64,000 bases of DNA from an uncultured Dehalococcoidia bacterium (lineage in GTDB: Bacteria > Chloroflexota > Dehalococcoidia > Lucifugimonadales > Australimonadaceae). The notes under the pieces are model-generated. The model was not told the DNA's origin and ran no database searches. It saw only the letters and a list, made by a program, of their open reading frames with translations. How positions within the stretch are numbered: the stretch's first letter is position 1; each line of letters starts with the position of its first letter. Where the stretch lies: NCBI GenBank assembly GCA_958295525.1, contig OY282355.1, positions 1,915,931 through 1,979,930 of the forward strand, read 5' to 3'. The position numbers and the translations under genes are program-made. Positions 17,072 through 26,940 of the stretch are shown one piece after another.

Positions 17072-18121
17072 GTGGCAGACGTCTCCCGCTCCGACGAAGT
17101 CAATCCGCTAAAGCGCAGGCTTCTCTCTCGACGCGCCGCGCTGTCGCTCGCCGCGCTCGCCGTCGTCGTCGCGCTGCTGGTCACGCAGGTCGACATTGGC
17201 TGGGGCGACACGTGGGGCGCGATCAGGACGCTCAATCCCTGGTGGTACGCCGCCGCGCTCGTCACGAACTACGCGACTTTTCTGTTCAAGGGCGCGCGCT
17301 GGCGCGTTCTGATCGCCAACGCGCAGCGCGACGGGGGGGCGCCCGCCCCTTCTCTGCGCTACGCCTCGTGGATCGTGCTGATCAGTTGGTTCATCAATTC
17401 CGTGACGTGGTTTCGGATGGGCGACGCCTACCGCGCCTACGCCTACGCTTCGGACAGCAAGACGAGTTTCTCGCGCAGCGCAGGGATCGTGCTCGCGGAC
17501 CGGGCGGTGGAGGTGGTGACGGTCGCGTTTCTGGTCGGCGTGGGCGTGGCCGCGCTGATTATCGAAGGGGGGATTGATCCGCCGTTGCCGCTCGCGGCGG
17601 CGGCGGTCGGCGTTCTCGCTTTGATGGCCGGCGGGCTGCTTGCGATGGCGGCGGCGCGGCGGTGGGTAATGCGTCATCTGCCGCCGCGCTTGCAGGGGAT
17701 ATACAACCGCATCTACTCGGGGACGATGGGCAGTTTCGGGCGCTCGCCGCTCGTGTTCGCGCTCGCGTTGGGGGCGTGGGCGTGCGAGGTTGGGCGGCTC
17801 TTCTTCGTCGTCTTGGCGCTAGGAACGCCAATCGCCGTTGGGCTGGTGATTCTCGCGCCGATGGCGCACGGCCTGCTCGCCGCCGCGCCGCTCACGCCGG
17901 GCGGCATAGGCGTGGCGGAGGCGGGGCTCACGGGGCTGCTGCAACTCGACTTGGCGGTGGAGGCGGCGCTCGCGGTCGCGCTGGTGGACAGGAGCATCAG
18001 TTATCTGAGCACGATCGTCGTCGGGGGCGGGGCGTTCGCCGCGCGGCAGTTCGCGCAGGCGCGGCGCGCGCGCCGGGGGGAGACAAGCAATGTAGACTTG
18101 GGGCGGCTAGGCGCCCAGTAG
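17072..18121 (+). CDS. UPF0104 / lysylphosphatidylglycerol-synthase-TM-like (flippase-like) membrane protein
   Basis: 349 aa, multi-pass. Has the ARWRVL block, the C-terminal PLTPGGIGVAEAGL motif, and an overall topology typical of this family. Confidence 0.7.
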   Translation: MADVSRSDEVNPLKRRLLSRRAALSLAALAVVVALLVTQVDIGWGDTWGAIRTLNPWWYAAALVTNYATFLFKGARWRVLIANAQRDGGAPAPSLRYASWIVLISWFINSVTWFRMGDAYRAYAYASDSKTSFSRSAGIVLADRAVEVVTVAFLVGVGVAALIIEGGIDPPLPLAAAAVGVLALMAGGLLAMAAARRWVMRHLPPRLQGIYNRIYSGTMGSFGRSPLVFALALGAWACEVGRLFFVVLALGTPIAVGLVILAPMAHGLLAAAPLTPGGIGVAEAGLTGLLQLDLAVEAALAVALVDRSISYLSTIVVGGGAFAARQFAQARRARRGETSNVDLGRLGAQ

Positions 18122-18252
18122 GCTCCCGCTTTCGCGGTCAGGACGCGGCGCTAGGGTGAGAGTGGAGCGGCGCTTGCGCCGCCTGCCGGATTCCTGTTCG
18201 CGCGCGCTTATTGGGCGCCCGCTGAGGCGGACGAAAAGAAGGAGGCAGGGCG

Positions 18253-18693
18253 ATGGAAGTGAAGGAACTGGGGCACGTGGTGTTGTTCGTGAAGGACGTG
18301 GAACGCTCGCGGCGTTTCTACGGGGACGTGCTCGGATGGCGGGAGGTGCGGCGCGAGGGGGCGCGTCCGAACACGGCGATGTTCTCGACCGGGCGCACGC
18401 ATCACGAGTTGTACTTGATGCAAGTGGGGGAAGACGCCCAGCCGGTTCAGCAGGGCCACCGGCTCGGGCTGTACCACATTGGCGTGAAGATCGGGACGAC
18501 CGACGAGGAACTGCGGGACGCGCTGGCGGAATTGCAAGAGGCGGGAGCGCAGGTCGTGGGCTCGAACGATCACGGCTTCACGCACAGCCTGTACATTCTC
18601 GACCCGGACGGGAACGAGGTGGAGTTGTACATCGACGTGCAGCCGGAGACGTGGCGGGAGGAGTTCGCGGAGCCTGCGGGGGCGCTCCGGTAG
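18253..18693 (+). CDS. VOC-family (glyoxalase/dioxygenase-like) protein
   Basis: LGHVVLFVKDVERSRRFYGDVLGW...GLYHIG...HSLYILDPDGNEVELY. AAGGAGG lies upstream of the ATG. Confidence 0.85.
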   Translation: MEVKELGHVVLFVKDVERSRRFYGDVLGWREVRREGARPNTAMFSTGRTHHELYLMQVGEDAQPVQQGHRLGLYHIGVKIGTTDEELRDALAELQEAGAQVVGSNDHGFTHSLYILDPDGNEVELYIDVQPETWREEFAEPAGALR

Positions 18694-18714
18694 GGGAATG
18701 GCGGAGGTGGGGGC

Positions 18715-18741
18715 GAGATTCCCGCCTACGCGGGAATGACG
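18715..18741 (+). repeat. REP-like palindromic element
   Basis: GAGATTCCCGCCTACGCGGGAATGACG. The 8-bp stem is ATTCCCGC/GCGGGAAT with a 4-nt loop. Confidence 0.8.
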
Positions 18742-18803
18742 TAGTGCTGCGGGAAGGGCGGAGCCGTCCGCCGTCCGCAACCAGCCACAGCAGGAGGGAA
18801 CGA

Positions 18804-19571
18804 ATGATCAACGGAGCGCTGAGGGCGCGGCTGAAGGCCGGGGAGCCCCTTGTCGGGGTGTTCGTCAGCATCGAGTCGCCGACGACGGTGGAGTTGCTCG
18901 CGGTCGCGGGCGTGGATTACGTGATGATCGACGGCGAGCATAACCCCATCGGCCCGGCGGACGCCGCAGCGATGATCCGCGCCGCCGACGCGATAGGCGT
19001 TCCGGCGATGGCCCGCGTCGGGGAGAACGCGCAGCAGGTGATGGCGAAGTACCTCGACGCGGGCGCGCTGGGCGTGATGATTCCAATGGTGAACTCGGCG
19101 GCGGACGCGCGCTACGTCGTGGACTCCGTGAAGTATCCGCCGGCGGGCAAGCGCGGACTCGCGGGCGTGCGCGCCAACGACTACTCGACGAGCCCGGGCT
19201 ATACGGAAGCCGCGAACGAGGCGACGGTCGTGATGGCGCAGATCGAGACGCGCGAGGGCATCGAGAACGCGGACGGGATCATCACGACGGAGGGCGTGGA
19301 CGCCGTGTTTTTGGGCCCGTCCGATCTGTCGGTCGCGCTGGGTGTCCCGGGCGAGACGAAGCATCCCCGCGTGCTGGAGACGATCGAACGTCTCACGGAG
19401 AAGATCGTCGGGGCGGGCAAGACGGCGGGCACCATCGCGCGGGCTCCGGAGGACTACGCATACTGGCGCGACCGGGGCGTGCAACTCTTCCTCACGGGGG
19501 CGAACGCGCTGCTGCTGGGGGCGGCGAAAGCCTACGTGGAGGGCGCCCGCGCCGCCGAGGAGGGGCGGTGA
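18804..19571 (+). CDS. HpcH/HpaI-family 2-keto-3-deoxy-acid aldolase
   Basis: Contains GVDYVMIDGEHNP, VMAQIET and GPSDLS. ATG at 18804 preceded by AGGAGGG. The upstream part of track ORF 18156..19571 is rejected. Confidence 0.9.
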   Translation: MINGALRARLKAGEPLVGVFVSIESPTTVELLAVAGVDYVMIDGEHNPIGPADAAAMIRAADAIGVPAMARVGENAQQVMAKYLDAGALGVMIPMVNSAADARYVVDSVKYPPAGKRGLAGVRANDYSTSPGYTEAANEATVVMAQIETREGIENADGIITTEGVDAVFLGPSDLSVALGVPGETKHPRVLETIERLTEKIVGAGKTAGTIARAPEDYAYWRDRGVQLFLTGANALLLGAAKAYVEGARAAEEGR

Positions 19572-20482
19572 TGGCCGAGCGGGAATCCATCGGCTTCGTC
19601 GGAACGGGGATTATGGGCGCGCCGATGGCGCGCAACCTGGCGAAGGCGGGCTTTCAGGTGACGGCGTACAACCGCACCGCCGCCAAGGCGGAGGCGCTGC
19701 GCGAGCACGGCGTCGCCGTCGCGGGGTCGCTCGCCGAAGTCGCGCGGAGCGCGTCCGTCGTCATTACGATGGTGCCGGACACGCCCGACGCGCTGGCGGT
19801 CGTGGAGGGCGAGGGCGGCCTCGCGGAGGCGATGGCGCCGGGGAGCGCGCTCGTGGATATGAGCACGATTTCGCCCGGCGAAACGCGCGCGCTGGCGGAG
19901 CGGCTCGCGGGGCGCGGCGTTGCGATGCTCGACGCGCCGGTCAGCGGCGGCTCGTGGGGCGCGGAGCAGGGGACGCTCACGATTATGGCCGGCGGCGAGC
20001 GCGAGACGTTCGAGCGATGCATGCCTGTGTTCGAGGCGATGGGCAAGACGATCACGCTGATGGGGCCGTCGGGCATGGGGCAGACGACGAAACTCGTTAA
20101 CCAGATCCTCGTCGCGGGAACGTGCGCGGCGGTGGCCGAGGCGCTCGTGTTCGCGGCGTCGCAAGGGGCGGATTTGCTCAGGACGATAGAGGCGGTCTCA
20201 GGCGGCGCGGCGGGCTCGTGGCAACTGGCCAACCTGGGCCCTCGGATGGCGCGGCGCGACTTTGCGCCCGGCTTTATGGTGAAACTGCAGCAGAAAGACC
20301 TCCGCCTCATCTTGGAGGCCGCGCAGGAGCGTCACACGCCGCTCGCCATCACGAGCCTCGCCCGGCAATACCTCACCGCCGTAGAGGCGATGGGGCTTGG
20401 CGACGAGGGAACGCAGGCCGTCGTCAAGGCGGTGGAGGCGCTGGCCGGAGTCGAGGCGCGGCAGGAAGGCGGCGCGGACTGA
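19568..20482 (+). CDS. NAD(P)-dependent 3-hydroxyisobutyrate / tartronate-semialdehyde reductase family
   Basis: IGFVGTGIMGAPMARNL, DAPVSGG, and GQTTKLVNQ. The start (GTG 19568 or ATG 19571) overlaps the aldolase stop. Confidence 0.9.
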   Translation: MMAERESIGFVGTGIMGAPMARNLAKAGFQVTAYNRTAAKAEALREHGVAVAGSLAEVARSASVVITMVPDTPDALAVVEGEGGLAEAMAPGSALVDMSTISPGETRALAERLAGRGVAMLDAPVSGGSWGAEQGTLTIMAGGERETFERCMPVFEAMGKTITLMGPSGMGQTTKLVNQILVAGTCAAVAEALVFAASQGADLLRTIEAVSGGAAGSWQLANLGPRMARRDFAPGFMVKLQQKDLRLILEAAQERHTPLAITSLARQYLTAVEAMGLGDEGTQAVVKAVEALAGVEARQEGGAD

Positions 20483-20553
20483 CGGGGCGCTCCGGGGAAG
20501 CGCCGCCGCCGGGGCGCGTCCGCCGCGCTTGGGAGCGCGCCCACTACCCGGTC

Positions 20554-20811
20554 GTGATGCTCGTCTTCGCGGTCAACGGCTCGCTCACGGCGTTGCTGGG
20601 ACGGTGGCTGCTGAGCGACGTCATCGGGTTGGAGGGATCGCTGTGGTCGGGGCCGTGGGGCTACCGGCTCGCCTACATTGCGCTCATCACGCCGCTCTAC
20701 TCTGCGCTGCTGATGGCGACGGGCGCGCTCTTCGGCAAAGGCGCCTACTTCCGCAGCCGCGTCCGACGGATATGGGGCGCGCTGCTTCCTCTGCGCCGAT
20801 TGCGCGAGTGA
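20554..20811 (+). CDS. small two-TM membrane protein, start uncertain
   Basis: The tail of track ORF 20122..20811 reads VMLVFAVNGSLTALLGRWLL...YIALITPLYSALLMATGALFG. Conserved-looking residues (RRAWERAHYP) lie upstream without a canonical start codon. Confidence 0.45.
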   Translation: MMLVFAVNGSLTALLGRWLLSDVIGLEGSLWSGPWGYRLAYIALITPLYSALLMATGALFGKGAYFRSRVRRIWGALLPLRRLRE

Positions 20812-20978
20812 ACGCGAGCGCGTCCGCTGAGGATAGCCCGCGCCTTACGCTCTCCGGCAAGGCCCCGCCGCCTGCGGAATTCCGGCTTGCGCGGAGCGGC
20901 GGCGCGTTACGCAAGGTCGAAGACCAAGATCGAAAACGAGGGACACGGCGCTATGATTGGGCGCGCAAGGAGTCTGCG

Positions 20979-21431
20979 ATGAGCATCCGTTACGCCGCAA
21001 TCGCCGCCGCGCTGATCGTCTGCGCCGCCGCCTGCGCGCCGCCTACGCCTACGCCGACGCTCATTCCCGCGGCGCCGCCCACTCCCGCGCCGCCCGCGAA
21101 CTGGGCGGCGCTCACCGGCGAGATTACGTTCGTGGGCGACCCCGCCATTCCGGCGGGCGCAATCGTCGAGGCGCAACTGCGCGACGTCTCGCTGCAAGAC
21201 GTCGCGTCCGTGCTCATCGCGTCGCAGACGATCGAGAGACCCGAACGCTTTCCCGTTCCGTTCGCCATTCGCTACGACCCTGCGGAGATAGACGAACGCC
21301 GCGTCTACGGCATGCAAGTCTCCATCACCGTCGGCGGCGAACTCGTTTACGTCAACGACACGGCGTTCGACGTTCTCACGGGCGGCTATCCTTCGCGGGA
21401 CGTTGCGGTGGAAGTGGTGAAAATCCGGTAG
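20979..21431 (+). CDS. YbaY-like lipoprotein
   Basis: ATG at 20979 with AAGGAG 6 nt upstream. The signal peptide carries a lipobox (LIVCAAAC). The LRDVSLQDVASVLIASQTI...RVYGMQVSI pattern is YbaY-like. Confidence 0.7.
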   Translation: MSIRYAAIAAALIVCAAACAPPTPTPTLIPAAPPTPAPPANWAALTGEITFVGDPAIPAGAIVEAQLRDVSLQDVASVLIASQTIERPERFPVPFAIRYDPAEIDERRVYGMQVSITVGGELVYVNDTAFDVLTGGYPSRDVAVEVVKIR

Positions 21432-21449
21432 GCGCGCGCGGGGCGGCGC

Positions 21450-24400
21450 TCACGCGGCGGAGGGCTCGACGCTGACGGCGGCGCCTGCGGGGAGCATATC
21501 GGAGAGTTGGGCCTCGAGTTCGCCACAGTAGTTGGTGCGGATGAGCGGCATTTCGATGCGCCAGTAGCGGCCCTCGCTGTGCACGAGCAGATTCACCTCG
21601 TCGGGGCCGGGATAATCCAGCAGCGTCGCCAGCACGCGCTTGAGGAGGATCTGGTCTTCGGACGGCTTGTTGGTCTCCGTCATTCGGATGAGCAGTTTGC
21701 GGCGCTCGTCCTGCGCGCCGGAGTCCGCAGGAACGGCGGCGCCGCCGTTCGCCGACGGGGCCGCCGTTGCGCCGTTGGCCGAAGGAGCGGGAGGATTCGC
21801 GGCGGAGCCGTTGGTTGCGTGGGCGGCGCCGTTGGATGCGGGAGCGCCGTTGGCCGGAGGAGCCGATGGGGTCGCCGTGGCGTGGGCGGCGCCGTTGGTT
21901 GCGTGGGAGCCGTTCGGCGAGGACGGCGCGGCAGGGGGCTGCGCGGCGGGCGGCGGGGGCGTCCATTCGGCGACTTTGGGCGTTCCCTGCGCGTCCGCAA
22001 TTGCGGAGGAGGGGGCGCCCTCGGGCTCCGGCGCGGCGTATTCGACGGCCTCGTCGCAGTGGACGGACGCCTCCTCGCCGCGCCGCCGCAGCGTTCCGCG
22101 CAGTTGGACGAGCGCGCCCTCCGTCCATAGGGGCCCGGTCTGCTCGAGGACGCGGCTCCAGACGGCGACGTCGGCCACGTAGCCGTCGAATATCTCGACG
22201 CCGGCGAAGCAGATCTGCCGCCCTTGCTTGTCCGTTGCGAAGCGCACGGAGGCGACTTCTCCGGCGAGGAGCGTCTTCTCGCCGTCGGCGCAGGCTTCCA
22301 ACTCCTCGCGGGAGAGAATTGCGCCGGCGGGGGCGTGGCGCGGGTCGAGGATGCGCCGCCCCAAAGCGACGCCGATCAGTTCCCGTTCCCACGCGACGAG
22401 TTCGCGGAGGGACGGCTCCGGCGCGTCGATCAGTTCTATCTCGCCGAGCGGCGTGGGAGTCTCCGCGCCGAAGATGTCGAACATAGTGGACTGGCCGCTG
22501 TCGCGGAGGCGCGCCTCGCGCTGCATCAGCCGGACGATGTTGTCGGCGCTTGCGGCGAGGCGTCCGCGCGGGCCGAAAGCGTCGAGCGCGCCGGCCTTGA
22601 CGATGCTCTCGATGACGCGCTTGTTGGCGGCGTCCTCGCCTGCGCGTTTGCAGAAGTCCTCCAGCGCGGCGAAGCGCCCGCGCGCCTCCCGCTCCGCCAC
22701 GAGCGACTCGACCGCGGACTCGCCGACGTTTTTGATGGAGGCGAGGCCGAAACGGACGGCGGGCTTGCCGTCGGCGGCCTTGTCCACCGTGAACTCGACG
22801 CCGCTGCGGTTGACGTCGGGCGGGAGCACGGCGATGCCGAGCCGCTGGCATTCGGCGACGGCGGAGCCAACGCGGTCGTTCGCTTGGTAGGCGTTGAGGA
22901 CGCACGTCATAAACTCAACGGTGTAGTTGGCCTTGAAATAGGCCGTCCAGTAGGCGACGACGGCGTAACTCACGCTGTGGGCTTTGTTGAAGGCGTAGCC
23001 GGCGAACGGCTCGATGAGGTCGAAAACGGCCTTGGCGTCGGATTCAGCGTAACCCAGTTGGCGGGCGCCCGCGACGAAGTTCTCGCGCTCCTCCTCCATC
23101 AGAGCGGCGATCTTCTTGCCCATCGCCTTGCGGACGATGTCGGCCTCGCCGAGCGAATAGCCCGCGAACTTCCGCATAATGTGGAGCACCTGGTCCTGGT
23201 AGACGATGACGCCGTAGGTTTCGCGGAGGATCTCCTCCAGGTCGGAGTGGGGGTAGGCGATGGGCGCGCGGCCATGCTTGGCGTCTATGTAGCGGCTGAT
23301 GTGCTCCATCGGGCCGGGGCGGTAGAGGGCGATCATCGCCGCGAGTTCGCCGAGCGTGCCGGGGCGCAGTTCCTTGATGTAGCGCCGCATCCCCGAACTT
23401 TCCAATTGGAACACGGCGGTCGTCTCGGCGCTGGCGAGCAGTTCATAGGTGGCCGGGTCGTCGAACGGAATGTCGGGGAGGCGGATGCGCTCCCCGCGCC
23501 GCTCGCCCACCAGCCGGATCGTTTTGCTCAGAATGGAGTAGTTGATCAGGCCGAGGAAGTCCATTTTGAGGAGGCCGAGTTTGGCGACGGGCTCCATCGC
23601 GTACTGGGTCATCGCCATGCTGGACTCGCCGCCTTTGGACGCCCGCTGGAGGGGCACGTGCTCGATGAGCGGGTCTTCGGAAATGACGACGCCGGCGGCG
23701 TGCGTGCTCGCGTGGCGCGTCACGCCCTCCAAGCCTTTGGCGGTGTCTATCAGTTTCCGCAGTTGCTCGTCCTGCTCGTAGGCTTCCTTCATCTCCGGCG
23801 ACTGATCGAAGGCGCCGTCAATGGTCATTCCGACGCGGGCGGGGACGAGGCGGGCGATGCGGTCGACGTCGGCGTAGGACATGCCGAGGGCGCGGCCCGA
23901 GTCGCGTATGGCCGCTTTCGCGCCGAGCGTGCCGAACGTGATGATCTGCGCGACGTGCTCCGTTCCGTACTTTCCGGTTACGTACTGGATCGCCTCCTCG
24001 CGGCGGTCGTCCTGAAAGTCCATGTCAATGTCGGGCATCTCTTTGCGCTCGACGTTGAGGAAGCGCTCGAACACGAGGTCGTAGTCGAGCGGGTCTATCT
24101 CGGTGACGCCGAGGCAGTAGAGGGCGAGGGACGACGCGGCGCTCCCCCGCACTCCGAACACGATGTCGTTCTCGCGGGCGAACTCCGCGATGTCCCACAC
24201 GACGAGGAAGTAGTTGGGGTACTGGGTTTTGGTGATGACGTCCAACTCGTAGCCGAGCCGCTCGCGCTTGTCCGGCGGCGCGCCGTTCGGGTAGCGCGCC
24301 TCGAAACCCTGCCAGCAGCGCTTGCGGAGGTAGGAATCGGCGTCCTCGCCCTCCGGCGCGCGGTACTGAGGGAGGTGGAGCGTCGAGAAGTCCAGTTCCA

Positions 24401-25274
24401 CGTTGGTGGAGTCGGCGATAGCCTGCGTCTCCATGACGGCCTCGGGGAGGTCGTGGAAGAGGTCGGCCATCTCCGTGGGGCTCTTGAGGTAGAAGGAGTC
24501 GGCGGAGAAGCGGAAGCGGTTCTCGTCGTGGATGGTGGCGTTGGTGCCGATGCAGAGGAGCGCGTCGTGCAGGCTCGCGTCGCTCTGGTCCACGTAGTGG
24601 AGGTCGTTGGTGGCGACGATGCGGACGCGCATCTCGTCGGCGAGGGTGAGAATGCCGTTGTTGAGGCGTTCGAGGAAATCCAGGTTCTTGTGGCGTTGCA
24701 TCTCCAAGTAGAAGGCGGGGAAGGTGGCCTTGCACCAGCGAATGATTTCGCGCGCGCGGGTGTAGTCGTCGTCTATGAGCGCGGTGGAAATTTCGGAACT
24801 GGGGCAGCCGGAGAGCACGATGAGGCCGTCGGCGTGCTTTTCGAGGAGCGCGCGGTCGACCCGGGGCTTGTAGTAGAAGCCCTCGAGGTGGGCTTTGGAG
24901 GAGAGTTGCATCAGGTTGCGGTAGCCCGTGTTGTTCTGCGCGAGGACGGTGAGGTGCGTGTAGTTCTTGTCGGCGGGGCCGCGGTCGCGCATATCGCCCC
25001 GGGCGACGTACAACTCGCAGCCGATGACCGGCTTGATGCCCGCCTCCTTGCAGGCGAGGTAGAAGTCCACGACGCCGTACATCGAGCCGTGGTCGGTGAT
25101 GCCGAGCGCGGTCATGCCGAGTTCTTTGGCCCGGCCGACCATCGCCGGAATGCGGCTGAGGCCGTCCAGCAGGCTGTATTCCGAGTGAACGTGGAGGTGA
25201 GCGAATTCGGCCAAGCGCGAGGCTCCGTGGGAGTGAATGGGCGCATTATACGGACGGCGCGCCCGGACGGCCAA
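21450..25274 (-). CDS. dnaE: DNA polymerase III alpha subunit with an unusual C-terminal extension
   Basis: PHP domain FAHLHVHSEYSLLDG, then polymerase core, HhH and OB-fold blocks throughout. The start may instead be TTG at 25214. Confidence 0.95.
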   Translation of the reverse strand: MAVRARRPYNAPIHSHGASRLAEFAHLHVHSEYSLLDGLSRIPAMVGRAKELGMTALGITDHGSMYGVVDFYLACKEAGIKPVIGCELYVARGDMRDRGPADKNYTHLTVLAQNNTGYRNLMQLSSKAHLEGFYYKPRVDRALLEKHADGLIVLSGCPSSEISTALIDDDYTRAREIIRWCKATFPAFYLEMQRHKNLDFLERLNNGILTLADEMRVRIVATNDLHYVDQSDASLHDALLCIGTNATIHDENRFRFSADSFYLKSPTEMADLFHDLPEAVMETQAIADSTNVELDFSTLHLPQYRAPEGEDADSYLRKRCWQGFEARYPNGAPPDKRERLGYELDVITKTQYPNYFLVVWDIAEFARENDIVFGVRGSAASSLALYCLGVTEIDPLDYDLVFERFLNVERKEMPDIDMDFQDDRREEAIQYVTGKYGTEHVAQIITFGTLGAKAAIRDSGRALGMSYADVDRIARLVPARVGMTIDGAFDQSPEMKEAYEQDEQLRKLIDTAKGLEGVTRHASTHAAGVVISEDPLIEHVPLQRASKGGESSMAMTQYAMEPVAKLGLLKMDFLGLINYSILSKTIRLVGERRGERIRLPDIPFDDPATYELLASAETTAVFQLESSGMRRYIKELRPGTLGELAAMIALYRPGPMEHISRYIDAKHGRAPIAYPHSDLEEILRETYGVIVYQDQVLHIMRKFAGYSLGEADIVRKAMGKKIAALMEEERENFVAGARQLGYAESDAKAVFDLIEPFAGYAFNKAHSVSYAVVAYWTAYFKANYTVEFMTCVLNAYQANDRVGSAVAECQRLGIAVLPPDVNRSGVEFTVDKAADGKPAVRFGLASIKNVGESAVESLVAEREARGRFAALEDFCKRAGEDAANKRVIESIVKAGALDAFGPRGRLAASADNIVRLMQREARLRDSGQSTMFDIFGAETPTPLGEIELIDAPEPSLRELVAWERELIGVALGRRILDPRHAPAGAILSREELEACADGEKTLLAGEVASVRFATDKQGRQICFAGVEIFDGYVADVAVWSRVLEQTGPLWTEGALVQLRGTLRRRGEEASVHCDEAVEYAAPEPEGAPSSAIADAQGTPKVAEWTPPPPAAQPPAAPSSPNGSHATNGAAHATATPSAPPANGAPASNGAAHATNGSAANPPAPSANGATAAPSANGGAAVPADSGAQDERRKLLIRMTETNKPSEDQILLKRVLATLLDYPGPDEVNLLVHSEGRYWRIEMPLIRTNYCGELEAQLSDMLPAGAAVSVEPSAA

Positions 25275-25578
25275 CGCGGATTACGCAAGATTTGGCGCTC
25301 CTGCGCGTTGCGCCCACAGGATGGCGTAGGTTATGGAGGGAGGCCTCCGCGCGTCCCCGTCGGGCGTCCCTGTCGGGAGGCCTGCGCGCCTCAGTCCTTC
25401 CCGCCGTGGGCGGCGGGTTCTCTCTTCGCGGGTCAGGGCGGGAGGTTACGCGAATGGCCTCCTGATTCAGGTAAGGGCTGCCTGCTAGCCGCAGACTCTT
25501 CACGCCGCCGCGCGCGTCTGCTAGACTAGGAACTCGCGCCGGCGCCTCGCGCGCGGCAGGCTGATACAGAGAGAAGGA

Positions 25579-26940
25579 ATGCTCCGCCAACTTCGCTGGA
25601 AATCGCTCCTTGCGATTATCGTCATCGTCGGGCTTGCGTCGTCCGCGCTCTTCGTTCCGAACTACCGCATCCCCTTCATTGGGGAGCGCGGCGCGGGCGA
25701 CATCCTCGGCCTGCGCCTCGGCCTCGACCTTGCGGGCGGCACGCAACTCGTCTATCAGGCGGGGTCGGACGACCTCGCGCCGACGGACGAGCAGATGGAG
25801 GGGCTGGTCGGCACGATCACGCGGCGGATAGACCGGCTCGGGGTCGCGGAGCCCAGCATTCAGCGGCTCGGCGACGACCGCCTCCTCATTCAGTTGCCCG
25901 GCGTCGAGGACGTTCAGCAGGCGAAAGACCTCATCGGGCAGACCGCGCAATTGGAGATCGTCGAGCGCGTCTGCAGCGACATCGCCTGTCAGAACTACGA
26001 GGACATTGCGACCGGGCTGAGCGGCGCGGATATGGAGCGCGCCTCTCCCGTGCAGGATCAGACGACGGGGCAGTCCGTGCTGAGTTTCGAACTGAAGCGG
26101 AGCGCGGCGCAGCAGTTCGCGATCCTTACGCAGCGCATCTTCTCGACTTTGAGCACGGAGAGCCCCGACCAACTGGCGTTCGTGCTGGACGGAGAGGCGC
26201 TGGTGGCTGCGGTGGTCAGGAGCCCGATTCTCGCAGGGCTTGGCCAAATCGAGGGCAATTTCACGCCGGAAGAGGCGCGGCAACTGGCCATTCAGGTGGA
26301 GTCGGGGCGCCTGCCGGTGGACATCACGGAACTTTCGTCCAGCCTCGTGGCCGCGTCGCTTGGCGCGCAATCGCTCGAGAACGCGCTCGCCGCGGGCGGC
26401 GTCGGCCTCATCCTCGTGTTCTTCTTTATGGCGGCGTACTACAGGGTTTCGGGCCTCGTCGCGGGAATTGCGCTCGTCGCCTACATCATTCTCGTGCTCG
26501 CGGTCTTCAAACTGATTCCCGTAACGCTCACGCTGGCGGGGCTCGCCGGATTCATTCTCTCGCTGGGAATGGCGGTGGACGCCAACATTCTCATCTTCGA
26601 GCGCGTGAAAGAGGAACTGCAGGTGGGGCGGACGGTGCAACTGGCGATGCAGACCGGCTTCAACCGGGCGTGGCCGTCGATCCGCGACGGGAACGTCTCC
26701 ACGATTCTGATCGCGCTCGTGCTCTTCTTCTTCGGCAGCGGCTCCGCGAACTCGGCGGTGACCGGATTCGCCGTGTCGCTGCTGATCGGCGTTCTCCTCA
26801 GTATGTTCACGGCCATACTCATCAGCCGGAACCTGTTAGGGATCGCCGCCGCGACGCCGGGTTTGCGCCGGGCGGTGCGGCTTTTCACGCCTGACGCGGG
26901 CCGCCGGCGCGGCGCGGCGCAAGCGGGGAGGGGCGGCTGA
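25579..26940 (+). CDS. secD: protein translocase subunit SecD
   Basis: 453 aa. Carries the LGLDLAGG motif and C-terminal 6-TM RND-like region. GAGAAGGA lies upstream of the ATG. Confidence 0.95.
   Translation: MLRQLRWKSLLAIIVIVGLASSALFVPNYRIPFIGERGAGDILGLRLGLDLAGGTQLVYQAGSDDLAPTDEQMEGLVGTITRRIDRLGVAEPSIQRLGDDRLLIQLPGVEDVQQAKDLIGQTAQLEIVERVCSDIACQNYEDIATGLSGADMERASPVQDQTTGQSVLSFELKRSAAQQFAILTQRIFSTLSTESPDQLAFVLDGEALVAAVVRSPILAGLGQIEGNFTPEEARQLAIQVESGRLPVDITELSSSLVAASLGAQSLENALAAGGVGLILVFFFMAAYYRVSGLVAGIALVAYIILVLAVFKLIPVTLTLAGLAGFILSLGMAVDANILIFERVKEELQVGRTVQLAMQTGFNRAWPSIRDGNVSTILIALVLFFFGSGSANSAVTGFAVSLLIGVLLSMFTAILISRNLLGIAAATPGLRRAVRLFTPDAGRRRGAAQAGRGG

Noticed and set aside
21450-25274. 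Intein or other insertion in dnaE, given its length.
   Set aside because: No intein splice-junction motifs or homing-endonuclease blocks were seen. The extra length is explained by the C-terminal linker and terminal domain, which are reported separately.
25275-25578. A structured ncRNA in the 304-nt dnaE-secD divergent spacer, which has direct repeats CGTCCC(C/T)GTCGGG and GGGAGGCCT(C/G)CGCGC and several hairpins.
   Set aside because: No match to any RNA family I can recognise. The repeats are short, and GC-rich DNA forms such hairpins by chance. A plausible secD promoter (TTCACG-17-TAGACT) accounts for part of the region. Kept as unexplained rather than claimed.
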